In this document: positions 7,922 through 18,747 of the stretch, one piece after another
Position numbering within the stretch: the stretch's first letter is position 1
Layout of the letters: each line of letters opens with the position of its first letter
Origin: an uncultured Veillonellaceae bacterium
Lineage (GTDB): Bacteria; Bacillota; Negativicutes; JARBTT01
Direction: 5' to 3'
DNA length: 64,000 bases
NCBI GenBank assembly: GCA_963805085.1
Contig: CAWDTA010000002.1
Coordinates: 1,888,001-1,952,000, forward strand
Translations under genes and position numbers: made by a program
Notes under the pieces: model-generated
Told to the model about the DNA's origin: nothing
Seen by the model: only the letters and a program-made list of their open reading frames with translations
The model's database searches: none

Positions 7922-8869
7922 TTATGTGCATTGACCGCAACTGTTGCAATCACTGGAAGTGCAGTTGCTTTTTTCGGTACGTTTCGTGGACATAATCGTA
8001 ACCTTAATATCGGACAACGGATAACGATGGTCAGTGGAGTCGGTAATGATGACATCGGTCTTTGTAAAGGTTAAGGTAAGGGGCAAAGTGATCGTGTCGT
8101 TGTCATCAAGGGGATTCATTTTTTCAATGGGTTTGATTAAATCGACGGTTTCTTTTGTTGTGAGCATGAACTGATCGATCGTTTTTATGGATACAATATC
8201 CCCAGTTTCACTGAATTGGAGAGAATTACGGTCAGCGTGGATGCCAATGCTTTGCGGATCAAAAGCATTGATTTTGCCAATTGGCGTTGTTACTGGTGTC
8301 GGTCTAGCCGGTTCCACGGAGGTTATGTTGCCTTGCTGATCCAAGGAAAAGCCGGTTTTTACAGCAATAGTACCAACTGGTGTTGCAAGGTCTATCACTT
8401 CTGCTGGCTGCAGAGTTAAACTATATAGTTGTCCTGTTTCATAAAAATGCAGGCTGATAATTTTGGCAGTGAATTTTGCAAAATCGAAATCGAAGGTAAA
8501 GGGGCGCGCTAATTCACTTTCTTGGCTTTCTGACCAATAGCCACTGAGCCTGCCATTTAAGGGGAAGATTCTTTTGAGGGCACCTGTCGGGTAAAAAGTG
8601 ATGAATTCAGCGGGGATTTTGCCAAATGGCGTTTGGATTTGGGTGCTTGCTTCGAGAGAAATGCTTTTTAAATCCCCTGATTCATAAAAGGTTAGGGAAT
8701 TGATATATTTACGGCGCAAGTCATCATAATGATACTGCGGTACTAAGTCACCAACCTTTGTTTTGATAATGTTTTTTTCTTGAAGAATGCAACCCGCTAA
8801 GGTACCATTGTTATGATATTCTTCACGAGTACAATCCATGAGTGTACCGTAGTTTGTTTCAATGTTCAT
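7922..8869 (-). CDS. Hypothetical protein with internal beta repeats and a Cys-rich tail
   Basis: Repeated (F/Y)Y.xG.L.SI.L and I.TP.G.I motifs; C-terminal CTSSDCNSCGQC; 12 bp downstream of anfO. Confidence 0.8.
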   Translation of the reverse strand: MNIETNYGTLMDCTREEYHNNGTLAGCILQEKNIIKTKVGDLVPQYHYDDLRRKYINSLTFYESGDLKSISLEASTQIQTPFGKIPAEFITFYPTGALKRIFPLNGRLSGYWSESQESELARPFTFDFDFAKFTAKIISLHFYETGQLYSLTLQPAEVIDLATPVGTIAVKTGFSLDQQGNITSVEPARPTPVTTPIGKINAFDPQSIGIHADRNSLQFSETGDIVSIKTIDQFMLTTKETVDLIKPIEKMNPLDDNDTITLPLTLTFTKTDVIITDSTDHRYPLSDIKVTIMSTKRTEKSNCTSSDCNSCGQCT

Positions 8870-8881
8870 AGTTAATCATCC

Positions 8882-9514
8882 TTAATATTTACAGATTTTT
8901 TTTGTGATTGTTACAAGCATCGCTGAACCACTTTTTTTATTGACAATGTCAAAAACGCTTTTGTATTCAGTATTTTCTAACCAAGGTGGTAAGTGTGAGC
9001 AGAGCATATCCAATTTGATAAAGGGAGTATTGTGTAAAAAGGGCTGTAAGGCTTTTTTTGATGAAATATCAGGGCGGTTCGCTTGCAATTGAATGAGATC
9101 CAAAAAATAAATGCCATCAACAGTCTCAATGGGAGTGGTTGGTATCGCTTCATTTCGCTCGATATTTTCCGTATTGTTAATGATATCCATAAAAATGTCA
9201 TTAAGAACCGTTTTCTGAAAAGTAGGCACTTCAAATATATGAAAGCCCATACGATCAAAAACGTTGTACACAAGGCCAGTAATGGACTGACTGACAATGA
9301 TATTACAATCATCTAACTTGGTAATTAAATTGCGTACTTGATTCCTAATTTCCTGCAGGTTAGTCGATAAATCAATTTGATAAGGAATTTCTTTTCTCGC
9401 GATCCAATCAGTATCTCGTTTTTCAAAGACCATAAGCGTATCCGCTTGGGTTAACTTAGCAAGGTCACTTTTTCCTTTGAAAGTTACAGCAATTTTCTCT
9501 GCCATATCATTCAC
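8882..9514 (-). CDS. anfO: Nitrogenase accessory protein AnfO family
   Basis: KIAV...EIPY...LDDCNIIV...GLVYNVFDRMGFHIFEV and SSKKALQPFL...CSHLPPWL match AnfO family motifs as I recall them. Confidence 0.75.
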   Translation of the reverse strand: MNDMAEKIAVTFKGKSDLAKLTQADTLMVFEKRDTDWIARKEIPYQIDLSTNLQEIRNQVRNLITKLDDCNIIVSQSITGLVYNVFDRMGFHIFEVPTFQKTVLNDIFMDIINNTENIERNEAIPTTPIETVDGIYFLDLIQLQANRPDISSKKALQPFLHNTPFIKLDMLCSHLPPWLENTEYKSVFDIVNKKSGSAMLVTITKKICKY

Positions 9515-9769
9515 TACCTTTCTGTACGATTTAAAGTTTGTATAATTTTAATAATATAACGATGTGTACACAAAAAGTCAATAATTAAAAATGTATACAA
9601 AATTTTTTTAAAAAATGTAAAATGTATATTTTTGTCGAAAACAAAAGTCTTTTAGGTGGAAACGTTAATTTTTAAAGTGGAAAATAGGATGGCTTAAATT
9701 TAAAAATCATTTCATTTTTAGATCAGAATATTGTGATAATTTATTGGGTTTTTTGCATAAAAATGGCCA

Positions 9770-9798
9770 TTGACAGAGGGAATCTTTTAAATTATAGT
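9770..9798 (+). promoter_or_regulatory. SigmaA promoter of the nif operon
   Basis: TTGACA-N17-TATAGT. Confidence 0.7.
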
Positions 9799-9874
9799 TA
9801 CCGTATAAACAATTCACACAAAAACATTTTAAGTTTTTAAAAAATATTGCTTAAAAAATTAATAAGGTAGTGCT

Positions 9875-9932
9875 AAGACAAAGACAGTCTTGATTATAAG
9901 CTTTCGCTATAATTAAGACTGTCTTTTGCTTT
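9875..9932 (+). promoter_or_regulatory. Leader terminator/attenuator upstream of nifH
   Basis: AAAGACAGTCTTGATTATA...TATAATTAAGACTGTCTTT stem plus T-rich tail between promoter and nifH. Confidence 0.65.
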
Positions 9933-10005
9933 CTAAGGTATAAAGTACAAATCATTTCCACCTTAATTTGGTGGTGATGGTACTTTAAATAAAAAAATTA
10001 AGTGA

Positions 10006-10848
<843 letters not shown>

Positions 10849-10900
10849 GGTTAAATAGCAAATTTAAGTAAAAGAGCAATTTTGAGAGGAGCTAACTATT

Positions 10901-11224
10901 ATGATCATGATTAGAGCCATTGTTAGACCGGAGAAATCTAATGTTGTATTATCGGAGCTTTCTGATGCTGGGTATTCTGGGGTAACCAAAGAAGAAGTAT
11001 ATGGTCGCGGTCGCCAAAAAGGAATCATTGTCGGTGAGGTGCATTATGATGAATTACCGAAAGAACTTTTAATCATTTTTGCTAATGATGAAGATAAAGA
11101 TGATATTATCAAAATCATTTTGAAAAATGCAAAAACAGGTGAGGGCAATTTCGGTGATGGACGTATTTTTGTGAGTCCAGTACTGGAAGCATATACGATC
11201 AGTTCAGGCAAAGCTGGCTTATAA
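10901..11224 (+). CDS. nifI1: PII-family nitrogen regulator NifI1
   Basis: PII motifs GRGRQKG, GDGRIFV; position between nifH and nifD. Confidence 0.9.
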   Translation: MIMIRAIVRPEKSNVVLSELSDAGYSGVTKEEVYGRGRQKGIIVGEVHYDELPKELLIIFANDEDKDDIIKIILKNAKTGEGNFGDGRIFVSPVLEAYTISSGKAGL

Positions 11225-11243
11225 GAGAAGGGGTGGCTATATA

Positions 11244-11648
11244 ATGAGAGAAATTATGGCTTTTATACGGATGAATATGGTAAACCCAACCAAGCAGGCA
11301 CTTGCCAAAGCTGGGTATCCGGCGTTTAACTTTTCAAAAGCTGTAGGCCGTGGCAAGAAGCCACTGGCTACAAAAGCAATCGAAGTCATCATGGGCAATG
11401 CCGGTTCTGTACCTGCCGATTCGATTGGTGAACATTTGTCGGAAGGGACGCGGCTCGTATCAAAACGTGCCTTTACTCTAATTGTTGATGATGAGCAAGT
11501 AGAATTGGCAGTGAAAACGATTATCAAGGTAAATCAGACAGGAAATCCTGGCGATGGTAGAATCTTTGTTATGCCAGTGATGGAAGGCTACAATATTAGA
11601 ACAGGTGAATGTCGTGAGCGAGAAAGCGATTTGACAGATAGGAGGTAA
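11244..11648 (+). CDS. nifI2: PII-family nitrogen regulator NifI2
   Basis: Long T-loop PII, GNPGDGRIFV; second PII gene after nifH. Confidence 0.9.
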   Translation: MREIMAFIRMNMVNPTKQALAKAGYPAFNFSKAVGRGKKPLATKAIEVIMGNAGSVPADSIGEHLSEGTRLVSKRAFTLIVDDEQVELAVKTIIKVNQTGNPGDGRIFVMPVMEGYNIRTGECRERESDLTDRR

Positions 11649-13246
11649 TGGCTGTGGATAAACGTACGAAAATTTTAGATAAATATTCTGCACGGGTTTT
11701 TAAAAACCGTAAAGATCATATTATTGAGCTAGAAGATGTTGCGAACGCGCAAAGCATCGCAGCCAATAGCCGAGCAATACCAGGGGTTATGACAAATCGC
11801 GGCTGTTGTTATGCTGGCTGTAAAGGTGTTGTTTTAGGCCCATTAAAGGATGTTGTAGTTATTACACATGGCCCAATTGGTTGTGGCTTCTATACTTGGG
11901 GAACACGTCGTAATAAAGCAAAAGCAAGTGATAATGGCAAGAACTTTATTGAATATAGTTTTTCCACTGATATGCAAGAACCAGATATCGTATTTGGTGG
12001 GGAAAAGAAATTAAAGCAAGCAATTACCGAAGCGGTTGAGATTTTCAAACCAGAATGTATTATGATTTGTTCCACCTGTCCAGTTGGGCTAATCGGTGAC
12101 GATATTCATGCAGTAGCGACTTGGACAGAAGAAACATATAAAATAAAATGCGTTGCTTATAGTTGTGAAGGTTATAAAGGGGTCAGTCAATCAGCTGGTC
12201 ACCATATCGCCAATAATAGTTTAATGAAATATGTTATTGGTACAGGGGATAAGGCGCCAACACAAAAATTCTCCATAAATATTTTGGGTGAATATAATAT
12301 TGGTGGCGATGGCTGGGAAACTTCTCGTATCTTAAAAAGAATTGGTTATGAAGTGATTTCGGTATTTACTGGTGATGGTAGTTATGAAGAAATAAAAAAT
12401 GCGCATACAGCAAACTTAAATTTAGTGCAATGTCATCGTTCTATCAACTACATTGCAGAAATGATGAAAACAAAGTATGGCATTGATTGGATCAAAGTTA
12501 ACTTTATCGGTGTCGATGAAACAATTCGTTCCTTGCGCGAAATGGCAACGTATTTTGGTGATGCTGATTTAACCGCACGGACAGAAGCTGTTATCGAAGA
12601 TGAGCTTGCAAATATTGCTGATGATATGGCATATTATAAATCAAAATTGCAAGGGAAAAAGGCTGGTTTATTCTGCGGTGGTTCACGTTCCCATCACTAT
12701 CAAAATTTACTTGCTGACCTAGGCGTAGAAACCGTCGTAGCCGGCTACGAATTTGCGCATCGCGATGATTATGAAGGCAGGGAAGTGCTTCCTACCATCA
12801 AAACAGATGCCGATAGTAAAAATATCGAAGAAATGACAGTTACACCAGATGAAAGACATTTCCGCTTACTTTTGACCCAGGAAAAATTCGAACAATTGTC
12901 TAAGGCAATTGATTTAGAAGCGTATGCTGGGATGATTAAAGATATGGGTAATGGTACAGTGGTAATCGACGATTTTAATCATTATGAAACTGAACAATTA
13001 ATAGAATTATTCAAACCTGATATTTTCTATTCAGGCATTAAAGATAAATATATTATTCAAAAAATCGGAGTTGTATCGCGGCAGTTGCATTCCTATGATT
13101 ATAGCGGCCCTTATGCTGGATTTAAAGGAGCAGTTAATTTCGCTAGAGATACGACGATGGGAATTTTCACACCTGCGTGGAATTATGTAACTCCACCATG
13201 GCGCACGCTGCCAACGCTAGAAGGAAAGATTGGAGGTGAGGAGTAA
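11648..13246 (+). CDS. nifD: Nitrogenase MoFe protein alpha chain (clostridial group II)
   Basis: RGCCYAGCKGVV, HGPIGC, VQCHRS and QLHSYDY cofactor ligands; group II insertion. Confidence 0.97.
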   Translation: MAVDKRTKILDKYSARVFKNRKDHIIELEDVANAQSIAANSRAIPGVMTNRGCCYAGCKGVVLGPLKDVVVITHGPIGCGFYTWGTRRNKAKASDNGKNFIEYSFSTDMQEPDIVFGGEKKLKQAITEAVEIFKPECIMICSTCPVGLIGDDIHAVATWTEETYKIKCVAYSCEGYKGVSQSAGHHIANNSLMKYVIGTGDKAPTQKFSINILGEYNIGGDGWETSRILKRIGYEVISVFTGDGSYEEIKNAHTANLNLVQCHRSINYIAEMMKTKYGIDWIKVNFIGVDETIRSLREMATYFGDADLTARTEAVIEDELANIADDMAYYKSKLQGKKAGLFCGGSRSHHYQNLLADLGVETVVAGYEFAHRDDYEGREVLPTIKTDADSKNIEEMTVTPDERHFRLLLTQEKFEQLSKAIDLEAYAGMIKDMGNGTVVIDDFNHYETEQLIELFKPDIFYSGIKDKYIIQKIGVVSRQLHSYDYSGPYAGFKGAVNFARDTTMGIFTPAWNYVTPPWRTLPTLEGKIGGEE

Positions 13247-14610
13247 TGCTAGACTTAACTCCAAAAGAAATAATTGAACGTAAAGGGCTAAGGATTAATC
13301 CTTGCAAAACTTGTCAACCGGTTGGTGCGATCTATGCGGCGCTTGGTGTGCATAAATGTATGCCACATAGCCATGGTTCACAAGGTTGCGTATCCTTTCA
13401 TCGTATGTTTTTATCCAGACATTTTAAAGAGCCAGCAATTGCTTCCACGAGCTCTTTCACCGAAGGAACTTCAGTATTTGGCGGCGGTAGTAATGTAAAA
13501 ACAGCAGTTAAAAATGTTTTCGACATTTATAATCCTGATATTATTGCGATTCACACCACTTGTTTGAGTGAAACGATTGGTGATGACCTCAACACCTATA
13601 TTCAACAGATGGAAATACCAGAAGGAAAAATCGTGTTGCATAGTAATACGCCAAGTTATGCTGGTTCGCATATCAGCGGTTATTTCAATATGATGAGTGG
13701 TTTCATCAAATATTTAGCGAAGAATACCGGAGTAGATAATGGTAAAATCGGTATTTTCCCTGGTTTCACCAATCCCGGCGATATGCGTGAAATGAAGAAA
13801 ATCGCTAAACTATTAGGTGCTGATTTTACGATGTTCCCTGACACCAGTGGTGTTATGGATGCACCGATGACTGGCAACTATGAAATGTATCCAAAAGGTG
13901 GTACAACGATTCCTGAAATCATTGGTTTAGGTGACTGTAAAAAAGTATTGGCACTCGGTGAACTTACTAGTATGGAACCAGCAATGGAGTTAAAACGCAA
14001 ATGCGAAGTTGATTTCGATTGTTTACCACTTCCGATTGGAATCGAAGCAACCGATGCATATGTAACAGTATTGTCACATTTCACCAAGAATGAAGTGCCA
14101 TACGCCTTAGAAGAGGAACGTGGACAATTGGTTGATATCATGTTGGATTCCCATGCGTATTATGATAAGAAGACCGTAGCAATTTATGGTGATCCTGATA
14201 CCGTTCTTGGTATTACAAGTTTGGTATTAGAAATGGGCATGATTCCTAAATATGTGCTTACTGGTACGCCAAATGAAAAGTTTACAAAAAAAGCAAATGC
14301 CTTATTTGAGAAATTTGGCGTAACCGATTGTAAAGCAAAAGCGTCGGGAGATTTATTTGAACTTCATCAATGGATCAAAAATGAACCAGTAGATTTATTG
14401 ATTGGTAGTTCCTATGGAAAACAGATTGCAAGAGCAGAGGATATTCCGTTTGTTCGTGCTGGTTTCCCAATCCTTGACCGCTATGTGCATTCTTATATGC
14501 CGATTGTCGGCTACCGAGGTGCCATTCGTTTGGTTGAACTCATTAGCAATGCATTAATGGATCGCCGTGATCGCGATTGTGAAGATGAAGATATGGAACT
14601 TGTAATGTAA
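13246..14610 (+). CDS. nifK: Nitrogenase MoFe protein beta chain
   Basis: NPCKTCQPVGA, HGSQGC, TTCLSETIGDD. Confidence 0.97.
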   Translation: MLDLTPKEIIERKGLRINPCKTCQPVGAIYAALGVHKCMPHSHGSQGCVSFHRMFLSRHFKEPAIASTSSFTEGTSVFGGGSNVKTAVKNVFDIYNPDIIAIHTTCLSETIGDDLNTYIQQMEIPEGKIVLHSNTPSYAGSHISGYFNMMSGFIKYLAKNTGVDNGKIGIFPGFTNPGDMREMKKIAKLLGADFTMFPDTSGVMDAPMTGNYEMYPKGGTTIPEIIGLGDCKKVLALGELTSMEPAMELKRKCEVDFDCLPLPIGIEATDAYVTVLSHFTKNEVPYALEEERGQLVDIMLDSHAYYDKKTVAIYGDPDTVLGITSLVLEMGMIPKYVLTGTPNEKFTKKANALFEKFGVTDCKAKASGDLFELHQWIKNEPVDLLIGSSYGKQIARAEDIPFVRAGFPILDRYVHSYMPIVGYRGAIRLVELISNALMDRRDRDCEDEDMELVM

Positions 14611-14640
14611 AAAAATGTGATGTACAATAAGTAGAGAAAG

Positions 14641-14694
14641 CAAAATAGACTCTTGATACAAAGATGTATTTCATTTGTTCAAGGGTCTATTTTG
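14641..14694 (+). other. Stem-loop between nifK and nifE (stabiliser or partial terminator)
   Basis: CAAAATAGACTCTTGA...TCAAGGGTCTATTTTG inverted repeat. Confidence 0.6.
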
Positions 14695-14724
14695 CTTATT
14701 TTTGTATTTAAAGGAGGGCTAGCG

Positions 14725-16065
14725 ATGGAAGCAAGGATACTTGAGGAGAGAAAACAATCCATTATGGTAAAAGATTTTTGTTGTAGTGGGGATGGAAAGA
14801 GTATTACCTGTGAAAAAGAAAGTGTTTCGGGGGCTGTTAGTCAACGCGCTTGTGTATATTGTGGTGCCCGCGTAGTGCTCAATCCGATTACAGATGCCTA
14901 CCATATCGTTCATGGACCAATTGGCTGTGCAAGTTATACTTGGGATATTCGTGGCAGCCTTTCTAGTGGCAGCGATTTATATCGCAATAGTTTTTCAACA
15001 GATTTAAGAGAAAGAGATGTTATTTTTGGTGGTGAAAAAAGATTAACTGCCGCCATTGATGAAATCGTAGCCAATCATTCACCTAAATTAATTTTCGTGT
15101 ATGCGACCTGTATCGTGGGTGTTATTGGCGATGATATAGAAGCTGTCTGTAAGCAGGCAACGCAAAAGTATAATATCTGTGTAGTTCCAGTGAAAGCACC
15201 AGGTTTCTCTGGTACCAAGACACTTGGCTATAAAATGGCCTGTGATGCTTTAATGCAAGTGATAAAGCCACATGCAAAACCAGAACAAGCGAAAAAAGGA
15301 ATTAATATTTTAGGGGACTTTAACCTGGCTGGTGAAATGTGGATTATTAAAAATTATTTTAAGAAAATCGGGGTCAATGTTGTCTCAACGATCACTGGTG
15401 ATGCTTCTTACGATACCTTGATCAAAGCTTCTCAGGCAGAGCTCAATATCGTGCAATGTGCAGGGTCGAGTACCTATTTGGCCAATCGCATGGAAGATGA
15501 ACTGGCGATACCTTTTTTAAAGGTAAGCTTTTTCGGCGTAGAAGATACGACCAATTCTTTAATGCGGGTTGCCTATGCCATTGGCGATGCAGAGGTCATT
15601 CGCAAGGCACAAGCTTTTACGGAAGTAGAAGCAGCAAAACTACAAGATTTTTTAACAAAATATCGTCGTAATCTCCTCGGTAAAAAAGCAGCAATCTATG
15701 TTGGCGGCGGCTTTAAAGCCATTTCGTTGATTCGTCAGTTTAATGAAATGGGAATCGAAACCGTTGTCGTTGGGACACAGACGGGTAAACAAGAAGATTA
15801 TGCGGTCATTCAAAGTTTGGTGAATGAACATACCGTGATTTTAGATGATGCCAACCCAGCTGAACTAGAAACTTTCATGAAAGAAAAAGGTGCAGATATT
15901 TTGGTTGGTGGCGTCAAAGAGCGGCCGCTTGCTTATAAACTAGGCATTGCCTTTTGTGATCACAATCATGAACGCAAACATGCCTTAGCGGGTTATGAAG
16001 GGGTAATCAATTTTACCAAAGAAATTAACCTGACCATCAACAGTCCAGTTTGGCAGTTATTATAG
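14725..16065 (+). CDS. nifE: FeMo-cofactor scaffold NifE
   Basis: QRACVYCGAR, HGPIGCASY; ATG 14725 after AAGGAGG. Confidence 0.95.
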   Translation: MEARILEERKQSIMVKDFCCSGDGKSITCEKESVSGAVSQRACVYCGARVVLNPITDAYHIVHGPIGCASYTWDIRGSLSSGSDLYRNSFSTDLRERDVIFGGEKRLTAAIDEIVANHSPKLIFVYATCIVGVIGDDIEAVCKQATQKYNICVVPVKAPGFSGTKTLGYKMACDALMQVIKPHAKPEQAKKGINILGDFNLAGEMWIIKNYFKKIGVNVVSTITGDASYDTLIKASQAELNIVQCAGSSTYLANRMEDELAIPFLKVSFFGVEDTTNSLMRVAYAIGDAEVIRKAQAFTEVEAAKLQDFLTKYRRNLLGKKAAIYVGGGFKAISLIRQFNEMGIETVVVGTQTGKQEDYAVIQSLVNEHTVILDDANPAELETFMKEKGADILVGGVKERPLAYKLGIAFCDHNHERKHALAGYEGVINFTKEINLTINSPVWQLL

Positions 16066-16095
16066 TAAAGATGAAAAAAGAGGAGGCTGGTTTCA

Positions 16096-18723
16096 GTGGG
16101 AATCAATTTTACAAATTTGAATGTAAATCCTTGCAAAATGTGTACGCCGATGGGGTCGGTTACCGCGTTATATGGCATAAAAAAATGTATGTCGATTTTA
16201 CATGGCTCACAAGGCTGTAGTACCTATATACGTCGCCATATGGCAACGCATTATAATGAACCAGTTGATATCGCTTCCTCCTCCCTAACGGAAGAAGGCA
16301 CTGTATTTGGCGGTGCAAGCAATCTGATTAAGGGTTTAGAAAATCTCATTCGCTTATATAATCCCGAAGTGATCGGTGTATCTACCACTTGTTTGGCAGA
16401 AACCATCGGTGAGGATATCAAAGCGATTATTAAAAATTTTTATACAGCAAATCCTGACTGTAAGGTAAAAATCATTCCAGTTTCGACAGCTGGCTACGCT
16501 GGTACGCAATATGAAGGTTTTTTTAAAGCTTTACAAGCTGTGGTAGCAAATGTAGAAATGGCTATGGAAAAAAATAATAAAATCAATATCATTACGGGGT
16601 TGATTTCACCAGCAGATACGCGTTATCTAAAACAATTACTAGACGGCTTAGGTGTTTCCTATATTTTATTGCCTGATTTAGCGGAAAATTTAGATGGCGT
16701 CCATGTTGATGTTTATAATAGATTGCCAAGTGAAGGAACCTCGCTAGAAGAAATTAGTCAAATGGCTGGAGCCAAATTTACGATAGAACTATCTACCTTT
16801 GTTAGCGATGATATTTCTCCAGCAAAATATCTAGCTGACCATTATGGTGTCCCTTATCAAAGAATGGATTTGCCGGTAGGTTTGCAGGCGACCGATGCGT
16901 TTATTAAGCAAATTGTAGAATTGGGCGGCGTTATTTCACCAGAATTAACTAAGGAACGTGGGCGTTATCTTGATGCGATGGTAGATTCTCATAAATACAA
17001 TGCCCTTGGCAGAGCAACGGTATTTGGTGAACCTGATTTCGTCAAAGCGATCATCAACCTATGCTGTGAAAATGGTATCGTCCCAGTGGTGAGTGCGACA
17101 GGTGCTGCTTGCAGTAAGTTTCAAGAAAAAATTGAAGGACCCATCAAGAAAGTTGCCGCAGGCCTTTTTGTCGAAAGCTATGTAATGGTTGACGATGCTG
17201 ATTTTGAAACAATTGAGCAGTTAACCTTAGATTTAAAAGCAAATGTTATGATCGGTAATTCTGATGCCCGGAGGATTTCAGAGAAACATTCGATAGATCT
17301 TGTCCGCTGTGCGTTCCCGATCCATGATCGCGTGGGCGGGCAACGAATACAAATGATTGGTTACGCTGGTTCTTTACAATTACTCGATCGTATTTCGAAT
17401 ACACTGCTAGGAGCAAAAGAAAGTACTTTCCGTGAAGAACTCTACGAGAAATATTATACTGGCAGTGATAAAAAATCGCCACAGGCGATTCATGAGGTGA
17501 CGAAGATGAATACACAAGAAATTATTGCACAAAAAACGGCAACCCATCCCTGTTATAATTGCGGCGCTGGTAAATATGCGAGAATTCATTTACCAATTGC
17601 ACCAAAATGTAATGTCCAATGCAATTATTGTGTTAGAAAATATGATTGTCCAAATGAAAGTCGTCCTGGTGTTACTACAGAAATTCTTACACCAGAAGAG
17701 GCATTCCAAAAATATGTTATCGTAAAAGAAAAAATGCCAAATTTAAAAGTGGTCGGCATTGCTGGGCCTGGGGATTCATTGGCGAATTTTGAACAAACCA
17801 AAGAAACGTTAACACTCATCAAAGAATATGATCCCCAAGTAACGTTTTGCTTATCAACAAATGGTTTGATGTTGCCACTTTACGCCCAAGAGCTAATTGA
17901 TTTAGGTGTTACCCATGTAACGATTACTTTAAATGCCATCGATCCAAAAATCGGGGCGAAAATCTATAAATATGTAGATTATATGGGCGTTCGCTATACG
18001 GGGGAAAGTGGCGCAGGCATTTTGATTGGTAATCAATTGGCTGGATTAAAATATCTGACGAGTCGTGGTATTATTTGTAAGGTAAACACAGTTATGTTAA
18101 AAGGTGTGAATGATGATCATATCGAAACTGTCGTGAAAAAAGTGAAAGAACTTGGTTGTGAAATCACCAATATCATGCAGCTTATTCCAGTAGCTGGTAG
18201 TGCCTTTGAAGATATGCCGCTTGTGAATAACAAAGAAATTACGGTGATGCGTAAACAATGCGAAGTACACATCAAACAAATGTATCATTGCAAGCAATGT
18301 CGCGCTGACGCAATTGGTACACTAGACAATGATGTTTCCATTGAATATCGTGGGTGTACAGAGACTTCTAGTGGCAAAGAGAAAACCGTAGAATCAAAAC
18401 GCTTTGCTGTGGCGACGAAAAGTGGTATGCTAGTCGATCAGCATTTCGGGCACGCTAGTGAATTTTATATTTATGAAAGCGACGGTAAAACGGCTAAATT
18501 TATTGAACGTCGGAATGTTGAAAAGTATTGTACAGGGGTGGAACACTGTGAGGATAAAGCAAGTAAGATTGACAATATTTTAACTGCGGTGAAAGATTGT
18601 CACAGTGTGCTGGCGCTGCGCATTGGTGATTCACCATCAAAACGATTACAAGATATGGGCATTGGTATCGTTGTTACGTATGATCGTATTGAAGATGCTG
18701 TGAAAAAGGCAGCCAATCAATAA
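16096..18723 (+). CDS. nifN-B: NifN-NifB fusion (scaffold + radical SAM + NifX-like domain)
   Basis: N-terminal NPCKMCTPMG/HGSQGC; HPC; CNVQCNYC radical-SAM motif; C-terminal VDQHFGHA. Confidence 0.93.
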   Translation: MGINFTNLNVNPCKMCTPMGSVTALYGIKKCMSILHGSQGCSTYIRRHMATHYNEPVDIASSSLTEEGTVFGGASNLIKGLENLIRLYNPEVIGVSTTCLAETIGEDIKAIIKNFYTANPDCKVKIIPVSTAGYAGTQYEGFFKALQAVVANVEMAMEKNNKINIITGLISPADTRYLKQLLDGLGVSYILLPDLAENLDGVHVDVYNRLPSEGTSLEEISQMAGAKFTIELSTFVSDDISPAKYLADHYGVPYQRMDLPVGLQATDAFIKQIVELGGVISPELTKERGRYLDAMVDSHKYNALGRATVFGEPDFVKAIINLCCENGIVPVVSATGAACSKFQEKIEGPIKKVAAGLFVESYVMVDDADFETIEQLTLDLKANVMIGNSDARRISEKHSIDLVRCAFPIHDRVGGQRIQMIGYAGSLQLLDRISNTLLGAKESTFREELYEKYYTGSDKKSPQAIHEVTKMNTQEIIAQKTATHPCYNCGAGKYARIHLPIAPKCNVQCNYCVRKYDCPNESRPGVTTEILTPEEAFQKYVIVKEKMPNLKVVGIAGPGDSLANFEQTKETLTLIKEYDPQVTFCLSTNGLMLPLYAQELIDLGVTHVTITLNAIDPKIGAKIYKYVDYMGVRYTGESGAGILIGNQLAGLKYLTSRGIICKVNTVMLKGVNDDHIETVVKKVKELGCEITNIMQLIPVAGSAFEDMPLVNNKEITVMRKQCEVHIKQMYHCKQCRADAIGTLDNDVSIEYRGCTETSSGKEKTVESKRFAVATKSGMLVDQHFGHASEFYIYESDGKTAKFIERRNVEKYCTGVEHCEDKASKIDNILTAVKDCHSVLALRIGDSPSKRLQDMGIGIVVTYDRIEDAVKKAANQ

Positions 18724-18747
18724 GTTAATTTTAGTGAGGTGGGAGAA

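Noticed and set aside
7778-8074. 98-aa + strand ORF with a hydrophobic stretch right after GH51 (possible holin)
   Set aside because: No SD, spans the bidirectional terminator and overlaps the convergent 7922 gene; hydrophobicity comes from T-rich intergenic DNA.
9563-9600. TGTGTACACA / TGTATACA palindromes in the anfO-nifH gap (similar at about 34096)
   Set aside because: Short palindromes in very AT-rich DNA; cannot be separated from chance or tied to a regulator.
11648-14610. Alternative (Fe-only or V) nitrogenase suggested by anfO
   Set aside because: No G subunit between D and K, NifD has the QLHSYDY Mo-type motif, and nifEN and modABC are present.
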